A stretch of DNA of 64,000 nt from Eledone cirrhosa (taxonomy: Eukaryota): contig OZ024741.1 in the NCBI GenBank assembly GCA_964016885.1, positions 400,272,001 through 400,336,000 of the forward strand, read 5' to 3'. Numbering within the stretch: position 1 is the first letter of the stretch; each line of letters starts with the position of its first letter. Below, in pieces: positions 53,601 through 64,000 of this stretch. The notes beneath the pieces are model-generated. The model saw only the letters and a program-made list of their open reading frames with translations. It ran no database searches and had not been told where the DNA came from. The position numbers and the translations under genes were made by a program.

Positions 53601-56600
53601 ACTCCAGTACAGTCCACAGTACAGTCCAAACTCCAGTACAGTCCACAGTACAGTACATTCCACAGTATAGTACAGTCCACAGAACAGTCCACAGTACAGT
53701 GCACAGTACAGTCCACAGCTCAGTAGAGTCCACAGTACAGTACAGTTCACAATACAGTACAGTCAACAGTACAGTACAGTCCAAAGTCCAGTACAGTCCA
53801 CAATACTGTACAGTCCACAACCCAGTACGTTCCACAACCCAGTACAGTCTACAGTACAGTACAGTCCACAGTACTGTACAGTCCACAGCCCAGTACAGTC
53901 CACAGCCGAGTACAGTCCACAGTATAGTACAGTCCAAATCCAGTACAGTCTACAGTACAGTACACAGTACAGTACAGTCCACAGTACAGTCAACAGCCCA
54001 GTACAGTCTACTGTACAGTCCACAGCCCAGTAGTGTCTACACTACAGTACAGTCCACAGTACAGTACAGTCCACAGTACAGTACAGTCCACAGCCTAGTT
54101 CAGTCCACAGTACAGTACAGTTCACAGTACAGTACAGTCAACAGTACAGTACAGTTCGAAGTCCAGTACAGTCCACAGTACAGTACAGTCCAAAGTCCAG
54201 TACATTCCACAATACTGTACAGTCGACAACCCAGTACAGTCCACAACCCAGTACAGTCTACAGTACAGTACAGTCCACAGTACTGTACAGTCCACAGTAC
54301 AGTACAATCCAAGTCCAATACAGTCCACAGTACAGCCCACAGTATAGTAGAGTCCAGAATACAATACAGTCCAGAATACAGTACAGTCCACAACCCAGTA
54401 CAGTCAACAACCCTGTCCAGTCCTCAGTACAGTACTGACCACACTACTGTACAGTCCACACTACAGTACAGTCCACAGTACAGTACAGTTCACAGCCCAG
54501 TACTATCCACAGTACTGTATAGTCCACAGCCCAGTACAGTCCACAGTACAGTACAGTCCACAGTACAGTACAGTCCACAGCCCAGTACAGTCAACACTAC
54601 AGTACAATCCACAGTACAGTACAGTGCACAGTACAGGCAACAGTACAGTTCACAGTACAGTCCAGTGTACAGTACATCCCACAGTACAGTACCGTCCACA
54701 GTACAGTATAGTTCACAGTACAGTCCACAGTACAGGACAGACCACAACGCAGTACAGTCTAGAACCCAGTACAGTCCACAGTACAGTCCACAGTACAGTA
54801 CAGTCCAAAGTCCAGTACAGTCCACAGCCCAGTAAGTCCACAGTACTGTGCATTCCACAGCACTACAGTCCACAGCCCAGTACAGTCCACAGTACAATAC
54901 AGTCCAAAGTCCAGTACAGTCTACAGTACACAGTACAGTACTGTCCACAGAACAGTACAGTCCACAATCCAGTACAGTCAACAGCCCAGTACAGTCTACA
55001 GTACAGTCCACAGTACATTACTTTCCACAGTAAATTTCAGTCCAGAATACAGTACAGTCCACAATACAGTACAGTACACAACCCAGTACAGTCCACAACC
55101 CAGTACAGTCCACAGTAGAGTACAGTCTACAGTACAGTACAGTCCACAGCCCAGTACAGTCGACAGCCCAGTACAGTCCACAGTACAGTACAGTCTACAG
55201 TACAGTACAGTCCACAGTACAGTCCACAGTACAGTACAGTTCACAGTACAGTACCGTCCACAGCCCAGTACAGTCTACAGTACAGTCCACAGTACAGTAC
55301 AGTCCATAGTACAGTACAGTCCACAGCCCAGTACAGTCCACAGCACAGTACAGTTCACAATGCAGTACAGTCCACAGTACCGTACACTCCAAATCCAGTA
55401 CAGTCCACAATATTGTACAGTCCACAACCCAATACGGTCCACAACCCAGTACAGTCTACAGTACAGTACAGTCCACAGTACTGTACAGTCCACAGCCCAG
55501 TACAGTCCACAGCCCAGTACAATCCACAGTACAGTACAGTTCAAATCCAGTACAGTCCACAGTACACTACAGTACACAGTACAGTACAGTCCACAGTACA
55601 ATCAACAGCCCAGTACAGTCCACAGTATAGTACAGTCCACAGCCCAGTACAGTCCAGAGTTCAGTACAGTCTACAGTAGAGTATAGGCCACAGTACAGTA
55701 CAGTCCACAGTACAGTACAGTCCACAGTCCAGTACAGTCCACACTACAGTACAGTCCACAGTACAGTACAGTCCACAGCCCAGTACAGTCCACAGTACAG
55801 TCCACAGCCCAGTACAGTGCGCAGTACAGTACAGTCCACAGTACAGTCGACAGTACATTCCACAGTACAGTCCACAGTACAGTACAATCCACAGCCCAGT
55901 ACAGTCCACAGTACAGTCCCATACCAGTACAGCCCACAGTACAGTACAGGCCATAGAACAGTACAGTCCACAGTACAGTCCAAAGTTCAGTACAGACCAC
56001 AATACAGTACATTCCACAACCCAGTACAGTCTACAGTACAGTACAGTCCACCTTACTCTACAGTACACAGCACAGCACAGTCCACAGTACAGTCCACAAT
56101 TCAGTACAGTCCACAGTCCAGTACAGTCAACAATACAGTACAGTCAACAGTACAATCCGCAGTACAGTACAGTCCACAGTACAGTAAATCGACAGTACAG
56201 TAACATCCACAGCCCAGTACAGTCCACAGCCCAGTACAGTCCACAGTACAGTACAGTCAACAGCCAAGTACAGTCTACAGTCCAATACAGTCCAGAATAC
56301 AGTCCACAATACAATACAGTCCACAATAGAGTACAGTCCACAGCGCAGTAAAGGCCACAGTACAGTTCCCAGTAGAGTACAATCCACAGTACAGTACAAT
56401 CCACAGCCCAGTACAATCCACAGTACCCTACAGTCCAGAGCCCAGTACAGTTCAAAGTCCAGTACAATTCACAGTACAGTCCACAGTAAAGTACAGTCCA
56501 AACTCCAGTACAGTCCACAGTACAGTCCACAGTACAGTAGATTCCACAGTATAGTACAGTCCACAGAACAGTCCACAGTACAGTACAGTCCACAGTACAG

Positions 56601-57541
56601 TCCACAGCCCAGTAGAGTCCACAGTACAGTACAGTTCACAATACAGTACAGTCAACAGTACAGTACAGTCCAAAGTCCAGTACAGTCCACAATACTGTAC
56701 AGTCCACAACCCAGTACGTTCCACAACCCAGTACAGTCTACAGTACAGTACAGTCCACAGTACTGTACAGTCCACAGCCCAGTACAGTCCACAGCCGAGT
56801 ACATTCCACAGTATAGTACAGTCCAAATCCAGTACAGTCTTCAATACAGTACACAGTACAGTACAGTCCACAGTACAGTCAACAGCCCAGTACAGTCTAC
56901 TGTACAGTCCACAGCCCAGTAGTTTCCACACTACAGTACAGTCCACAGTACAGTACAGTCCACAGTACAGTACAGTCCACAGCCTAGTTCAGTCCACAGT
57001 ACAGTACAGTTCACAGTACAGTACAGTCAACAGTACAGTACAGTTCGAAGTCCAGTACAGTCCACAGTACAGTCCACAGTACAGTACAGTCCAAATTCCA
57101 GTACATTCCACAATACTGTACAGTCGACAACCGAGTACAGTCCACAACCCAGTACAGTCTACAGTACAGTACAGTCCACAGTACTGTACAGTCCACAGCC
57201 CATTACAGTCCACAGTACAGTACAATACAAGTCCAATACAGTCCACAGTACAGCCCACAGTATAGTACAGACCAGAATACAATACAGTCCAGAATACAGT
57301 ACAGTCCACAACCCAGTAGAGTCAACAACCCTGTCCAGTCCTCAGTACAGTACAGACCACACTACTGTACAGTACAGACCACACTACTGTACAGTCCACA
57401 CTACAGTACAGTCCACAGTACAGTACAGTTCACAGCCCAGTACTATCCACAGTACTGTATAGTCCACAGCCCAGTACAGTCCACAGTACAGTACAGTCCA
57501 CAGTACAGTACAGTCCACAGCCCAGTACAGTCAACACTACA
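11660..57541 (+). repeat. Higher-order tandem duplication: copy 1 ~11660-36030 (24.4 kb), copy 2 ~36031-57541 (21.5 kb)
   Basis: Identical or near-identical ORF translations at offsets 24369 (11679/36048), 24381 (17084/41465) and 21511 (22486/43997 through 35478/56989). Confidence 0.92.
16975..22714 (+). repeat. 2,870-bp tandem duplication present only in macro-copy 1
   Basis: Identical ORFs at 17259/20129, 18046/20916 and 19616/22486; junction near 19829-19845. Confidence 0.9.
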
Positions 57542-60500
57542 GTACAATCCACAGTACAGTGCACAGTACAGGCAACAGTACAGTTCACAGTACAGTCCAG
57601 AGTACAGTACATCCCACAGTACAGTACCGTCCACAGTACAGTATAGTTCACAGTACAGTCCACAGTACAGGACAGACCACAACGCAGTACAGTCTAGAAC
57701 CCAGTACAGTCCACAGTACAGTCCACAGTACAGTACAGTCCAAAGTCCAGTACAGTCCACAGCCCAGTAAGTCCACAGTACTGTGCATTCCACAGCACTA
57801 CAGTCCACAGCCCAGTACAGTCCACAGTACAGTACAGTCCAAAGTCCAGTACAGTCTACAGTACACAGTACAGTACTGTCCACAGTACAGTACAGTCCAC
57901 AATCCAGTACAGTCAACAGCCCAGTACAGTCTACAGTACAGTCCACAGTACATTACATTCCACAGTAAATTTCAGTCCAGAATACAGTACAGTCCACAAT
58001 ACAGTACAGTACACAACCCAGTACAGTCCACAACCCAGTACAGTCCACAGTAGAGTACAGTCCACAGTACTGTACAGTCCACAGTACTGTACAGTCCACA
58101 GCCCAGTACAGTCGACAGCCCAGTACAGTCCACAGTACAGTACAGTCTACAGTACAGTACAGTCCACAGTACAGTCCACAGTACAGTACGGTTCACAGTA
58201 CAGTACCGTCCACAGCCCAGTACAGTCTACAGTACAGTCCACAGTACAGTACAGTCCACAGTACAGTACAGTCCATAGTACAGTACAGTCCACAGCCCAG
58301 TACAGTCCACAGCACAGTACAGTTCACAATGCAGTACAGTCCACAGTACCGTACACTCCAAATCCAGTACAGTCCACAATACTGTACAGTCCACAACCCA
58401 GTACGGTCCACAACCCAGTACAGTCTACAGTACAGTACAGTCCACACTACTGTACAGTCCACAGCCCAGTACAGTCCACAGCCCAGTACAATCCACAGTA
58501 CAGTAGAGTTCAAATCCAGTACAGTCCACAGTACACTACAGTACACAGTACAGTACACAGTACAATACAGTCCACAGTACAATCAACAGCCCAGTACAGT
58601 CCACAGTATAGTACAGTCCACAGCCCAGTACAGTCCAGAGTTCAGTACAGTCTACAGTAGAGTATAGGCCACAGTACAGTACAGTCCACAGTACAGTACA
58701 GTCCACAGTCCAGTACAGTCCACACTACAGTACAGTCCACAGTACAGTACAGTCCACAGCCCAGTACAGTCCACAGTACAATCCACAGCCCAGTACAGTC
58801 CACAGTACAGTATAGTCCACAGTAAGTCCACAGTACAGTCCACAGTACAGTCCACAGTACAGTACAATCCACAGCCCAGTACAGTCCACAGTACAGTCCC
58901 ATACCAGTACAGCCCACAGTACAGTACAGGCCATAGTACAGTACAGTCCACAGTACAGTACAGTCCAAAGTTCAGTACAGACCACAATACAGTACATTCC
59001 ACAACCCAGTACAGTCTACAGTACAGTACAGTCCACATTACTCTACAGTACACAGCCCAGCACAGTCCACAGTACAGTCCACAATTCAGTACAGTCCACA
59101 GTCCAGTACAGTCCACAATACAGTACAGTCCACAGTACAATCCGCAGTACAGTACAGTCCACAGTATAGTAAATCGACAGTACAGTAACATCCACAGCCC
59201 AGTACAGTCCACAGCCCCGTACAGTCCACAGTACAGTACAGTCAACAGCCCAGTACAGTCTACAGTACAGTCCACAGCCCAATACAGTCCAGAATACAGT
59301 CCACAATACAATACAGTCCACAATAGAGTACAGTCCACAGCGCAGTAAAGGCCACAGTACAGTCCCCAGTAGAGTACAATCCACAGTACCCTACAGTCCA
59401 GAGCCCAGTACAGTCCAAAGTCCAGTACAATTCACAGTACAGTACAGTCCACAGTACAGTACAGCCACAGTACACTACAGTCCACAGTACAGTCCACAGC
59501 CCAGTACAGTCCACAGTCCTGTACAGTCAACATTACAGTACAGTCTACAGTACAGGACAGTCCACAGTACAGTACAGCCCACAGTATAGTACGGTCCAGA
59601 ATACAGTACAGTCCACAATACAGTACAGTCCACAACCCAGTACAGTCCACAACCCAGTACAGTCCACAGTACAGTACAGACCACAGTACTGTACAGTCCA
59701 CAGTACAATACAGTCCACAGTACAGTACATTCCACCGCCCAGTACAGTCCACACTACAGTACAATCCACAATACAGTACAGGCCACAGTACAGTTCACAG
59801 TACAGTCCACAGTACAGTACAGTCAACAGCTCAGTACAATCTACAGTACAGTCCACACTACAGTACAGTCCACAGTACAGTACAGTCCACACTACAGTAC
59901 AGTCCACAGTACAGTACAGTCCACAGTACAGTACAGTCCACAGCTCAGTACAGTACAAAGTCCAGTACAGTCCACAGTACACTCCACAGTACAGTACAGT
60001 CCAAAGTACAGTATAGTCCAAAGTCCAGTATGTCCACAATACAGTACAGTCCACAGTATAGTACAGTCCTCAGCCCAGTACAGTCCTCAGCCCAGTACAG
60101 TCCACAGTACAGTCCACAGCCCGGTACAGTCCACAGTACAGTACAGTCCACAGTACAGTACATTCCACAGTACAGTACAGTCCAAAGTCCAGTACTGTCC
60201 ACAGTACAGTACAGTCTACAGTACCGTACAGTCCACAGTACAGTACAGTCCACAACCCAGTACAGTCCACAACTCAGTACAGTCCACAGTACAGTACAGT
60301 CTACAGTACAGTACAGTCCATAGCCCAGTACAGTCCACAGTACAGTCCACAGCCCAGTACAGTCCACAGTACAGTACAATTCACAGTAAAGTACAGTACA
60401 ATTCACAGTAAAGTACAGTCCAAAGTCCAGTACAGTCCACAATACAGTACAGTCCACAGTACAGTACATTCCACAGTACAGTACAGTCTACAGCCCAGTA

Positions 60501-62266
60501 CAGTCCACAGTACAGTCCATAACCCAGTACAGTCCACTGTACAGTACAGTCCACACTACAGTACAGTCCACAGTACAGTACAGTACAGTCCAGTACAGTG
60601 CACAGTACAGTACAGTCCACAACCCAGTACAGTGCACAACCCAGTACAGTCTACAGTACAGTACAGTTCAAACTACTGTACAGTCCACAGCCCATTACAG
60701 TCCACAGTACAGTACAGTCCAAAGTCCAGTACAGTCCACACTACAGTATATTCGACACGCCAGTACAGTCCACAGTATAGTCTGCAGTACAGTACAGTCC
60801 ACAGCCCAGTACAGTCCACAGTACAGTCCACAGTACAGTACAGTCTACAGCCCAGTACAGTCCACAATACAGTACAGTCCACAATACAGTCCACAGTACA
60901 GTCCACAGCCCAGTTCAGTCCACAGTACAGTACAATCCAGAGTACAGTGCAGTCCACAGTACAATACTGTCCACAGTACAGTGCAGTCTACAGCCCAGTA
61001 CAGTCCACAGTACAGTACAGTCCACAGTACACCACAGTACAGTACAGTCCACACTAAGAGTACAGTCCACAGCTCAGTACAGTCCACAGTCCAGTACAGT
61101 CCACAGTACAGTACAGTCCACAGTACAGTACAGTCCGCAGTACAGTACAGTCCACAGCCCAGTACAGTCCACAGTACAGTACAGTCCACAGTACAGTGCA
61201 GTCCACAGTACAGTCCACAGTACAGTGCAGTCCACAGTACAGTGCAGTCCACAGCCCAGTACAGTCCACAGCCCAGTACAGTCCACAGTACAGTACAGTC
61301 CACAATACAGCACAGTCCACAGTACAGTCCACAGCCCAGTACAGTTCACAGTACAGTACAATCCACAGTACAGTGCAGTCCACAGTACAGTCCACAGTAC
61401 AGTGCAGTCCACAGTACAGTGCAGTCCACAGCCCAGTACAGTCCACAGCCCAGTACAGTCCACAGTACCGTACAGTCCACAGTACAGTCCACAACCCAGT
61501 ACAGTTCACAGTACAGTACAATCCACAGCCCAGTACAGTCCACAGTACAGTACAATCCACATTACAGTGCCGTCCACAGCCCAGTACAGTCCACAGCCCA
61601 GTACAGTACACAGTACAGTACAGTCCACAGTACAGTACAGTCTACAGTACAGTCCACAGTACAGTACAGTCCACAGCCCAGTACAGTCCACAGTACAGTA
61701 CAGTCCAAAGTCCAGTACAGTCCACAATAGAGTACAGTCCACAACCCTGTACAGTCCACAACCCAGTACAGTCTACAGCCCAGTACAGTTCACAGTACAG
61801 TACAGTCCACAACCCAGTACAGTCTACAGTACAGTGCAGTCCACAGTACAGTGCAGTCCACAGTACTGTACACTCCACAACCCAGTACACTCCACAGTCC
61901 AGTACAGTCCACAGTACAGTACAGTCCACAGCCCAGTACAGTCCACAGTACTGTACAGTCCACAGTACAGTACAGTCCACAGCCAAGTACAGTCCACAGC
62001 CCAGTACAGTCCACAGTACTGTACAGTCGACAGCCCAGTATAGTCCACAGTATTGTACAGTCCACAGCCAAGTACAGTCCACAGTACTGTACAGTCCACA
62101 GTACAGTACAGTCCACACCCAGTACAGTCCACAGTACAGTCCACAGTACAGTACAGTCCAAAGTCCAGTACAGTCCATAGCCCAGTGGTTGGGGAGTGCC
62201 TTAAAAAACTAATAAGACAACTTTTGATGTTGATATGAATTAATAAATTGATATTTTCCCCAACAG

Positions 62267-62415
62267 CCATTGTGGAAGGTCGAGGCCTAGCAAAAGGTGA
62301 AATAGGAATGACTAGTATTGATCTGAAATGTCCAGTATTGGTACTTTCACAGTTTTCTGATAGTCAAACTTATGTTAAAGTCATGACTAAACTTCAGATC
62401 CTACAACCAATTGAG
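62267..62415 (+). CDS. MSH4: MSH4 exon, start of the MutS domain II/connector region ([50 protein letters not shown])
   Basis: Strong match to the MSH4 motif [20 protein letters not shown].P...LSQF.D..TY.KV.TKL..L.P.E. Acceptor CAACAG|, donor GAG|GTAAGT, 149 nt. Confidence 0.93.
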
Positions 62416-62449
62416 GTAAGTTGTATTTTATATGTATATATGGGAGGGG

Positions 62450-63026
62450 GTGTTCCGAGGCCATAGTATCTTGAATAAGGTCGGGTTGCAAGAAGTTTAG
62501 GTAACTGCTTCCTCTGCTGATAAAGAAGGGTTTCCCCTTGCGTATGAAAGGCCGGTTATATGATGCCTGTGTGAGATGCGTGATACTGCATGGTAGTGAG
62601 ACACGGGCAGCAACTACAGAGGATATGTGATGGCTGGAGAGAAATGAAGCAAGCACGCTCTGTTGGATGTGCAATGTCAATGTGCGTGAACGACCAAGCA
62701 TGGTTGTGTTGAGAGAGAAACTGTGTTTAAGAGGGATAAGTTGTAGTGTGCGGGAGAGAAGACTAAGATGGTATGGACATGTGATGCGCATGGAGGACGA
62801 CACTGGGTAAAGAAGTGCCAAGAAATGCCAGTTGAAGGAAGATGCAATAGAGGAAGACCACGAAAAACATGGGCGGAGGTGGTGAGAGCTGACCTCAGCT
62901 GAAGCTCATGGAGGAGATGATGAAGGACCGTGACAAGTGGAGAGATGCTGTGCTGAATAGGACCCATCCCACTCTTGCAAGCAGGGAAAAGTGGATGTAA
63001 AATGATGATAATGATGATGATGATAA
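62450..63026 (+). mobile_element. RTE-clade LINE 3' fragment with stops/frameshifts and a (GAT)n tail
   Basis: Translates to KKFR*LLPLL...KGRLYDACVR.V.LHGSET...ERRLRWYGHVMRMEDD...RGRPRKTW. Tail ATGATGATAATGATGATGATGAT at ~63002-63025. Confidence 0.85.
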
Positions 63027-63378
63027 TAGAGAGAGAGATATTAGAAAATAGTGTTTTTTTTCTTTTAAGGTTATATATATAGAGGCTGGAGAGAAAGATA
63101 TAAAGAGGCTGGCGGGAAAGATCTGTAAAAGGTGAAGAGAGAGAGGTATGTAGAGGTTGGAGAGAAATGAAGAAAGCATACTTTGATGGATATAGGATAT
63201 TAATATGTATGAATGGCAAAACATTGATGTTGAAGAGAGACATGTGATGGTACAGATGATGTGTGTGTGTGTGACAGCTTACACTTATGCAGGTTTAGCT
63301 GGCCTCCTCCATGGTATACCTCTATAATTACTCAAGATGTCTTGGGTAATTTAATGATAGGACCCCAGTCCTATCACG

Positions 63379-63409
63379 GTGGTAGCGGTGGTGGTGGTGG
63401 TGGTGGTGG
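63379..63409. repeat. (GGT)n microsatellite
   Basis: Directly visible. Confidence 0.9.
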
Positions 63410-63769
63410 CAGTGATAATTTGGACTGGATAACTACTAAACACAATAGCATAGCTAGGCAGGGTAAAGTAGGTAGCCCACTTCGAATGGAACTTTTGGTC
63501 TACTGCATTAAAAAAAATGCATGGTCAGGGTGCAAACTCAAAGACTACAGAAACTGAATCATCAATTCAAAAATACCAGCATAAGAAAAACAAAGTTCCC
63601 TCTTCTGAATTACTTTCCCCAACTCTTCTTTTGATAATAGGATTTTATCCTGAAATATTAAGGATTAATTGAACACTTCCAAGGTAACATCCCAACAATG
63701 TTGTTACTGTTATTTTTAACATTTAATATACAAGGTAGATCTTGAACAGAGAGCCAAAACAAATACTGC

Positions 63770-64000
63770 AAAGCATTCTATCTGACAAGTGGTCGTGGAG
63801 GTGCCATGGCAAAAAAGCACCCAGCCCACACTGTAAAGTGGCCATGTAGGCGCCACGGTAAAAAAGCACCCAGTACTCACTGTAAATGAGGTTGGTGTTA
63901 GGAAAGGCATCCAGCTGTAGAAATCAAGCCAGAATCAGTTCCTGTATGAGCAAGACAAGGTCAGCTGACTGGACACTGCCCACAACATGACAACCTGTCT
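63770..64000 (+). mobile_element. SINE family C, running off the window
   Basis: AAAAAAGCACCCAG (twice)...GGTTGGTGTTAGGAAAGGCATCCAGCTGTAGAAA...GTATGAGCAAGACA, as at 6966-7168. Confidence 0.7.

Larger units (their letters stand above)
9025..62186 (+). repeat. ~53-kb complex minisatellite/satellite; modules CAGTA, CAGCC and CAGTCCA form 17-bp (7+5+5) and 12-bp (7+5) units
   Basis: Directly visible. Single orientation throughout; no foreign insertion noticed. Confidence 0.98.
8596..62200 (+). mobile_element. hAT-Charlie (MER1/Charlie3-like) MITE, inflated by an internal SINE and the 53-kb satellite
   Basis: Left end CAGCAGTCTCCAACATTTTTGCACC...TCATGGAAGACAATTTCTCCATGGA (8596-8656) resembles MER1-type CAGGGGTCCCCAACCTTTTTGGCACC...TCATGGAAGACAATTTTTCCACGGA. 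The 3' subterminal part is at 8970-9033. Right TIR remnant GCCCAGTGGTTGGGGA is at 62180-62195. The family consensus is recalled from memory, not searched. Confidence 0.75.
7436..62266 (+). other. MSH4: 54,831-nt GT-AG phase-1 intron of MSH4
   Basis: GTAAG at 7436; ATTTTCCCCAACAG ending at 62266; branch-point-like ACTAAT near 62208-62213; the flanking exons are phase-compatible. Confidence 0.75.

Noticed and set aside
9025-62186. CRISPR array or telomeric repeat
   Set aside because: There are no unique spacers or cas genes and the context is eukaryotic. The units do not resemble TTAGGG-type repeats and the array is interstitial.
8943-62270. Hundreds of long ORFs (S/T/V/Q/Y/P-rich on +, C/T/V/L/W/G-rich on -) suggesting a mucin-, adhesive- or keratin-like protein
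   Set aside because: They occur equally in all six frames, are broken at random by point-mutation stops, and follow from a stop-free repeat with non-triplet units lying inside an MSH4 intron.
62248-62466. 72-aa ORF as a standalone gene
   Set aside because: Only 62267-62415 is MSH4-like and it is bounded by splice sites; the rest is intron read-through.
63261-63557. 98-aa Gly-rich ORF as the next MSH4 exon
   Set aside because: The Gly run comes from (GGT)n and there is no similarity to the MSH4 sequence expected after ...QPIE.

Overview
AT-rich animal genomic DNA; the repeat families look cephalopod/Octopus-like, which is an inference. The window holds the 5' part of the meiotic MutS homolog MSH4 on the + strand. 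Two exons (7311-7435 and 62267-62415) splice in frame to ...[22 protein letters not shown]... across a 54,831-nt intron. About 53 kb of that intron (9025-62186) is one unidirectional satellite built from CAGTA/CAGCC/CAGTCCA modules. The satellite sits inside, and appears to derive from, the 3' subterminal motif of a hAT-Charlie (MER1-like) MITE. It shows nested higher-order duplications: ~1.9 kb, 2.87 kb and a 24.4/21.5 kb near-identical pair. At 2805-4655 is a 593-bp non-coding unit, present as one inverted copy plus ~2.1 tandem copies between (TA)n tracts. Each full unit carries a type I hammerhead ribozyme with a non-canonical U3-A8 core, i.e. a Penelope-type pLTR/retrozyme-like element. 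The remainder is SINEs, RTE LINE fragments, a Gypsy gag remnant and microsatellites. Nearly all ORFs in the supplied track are artefacts of the stop-free satellite.
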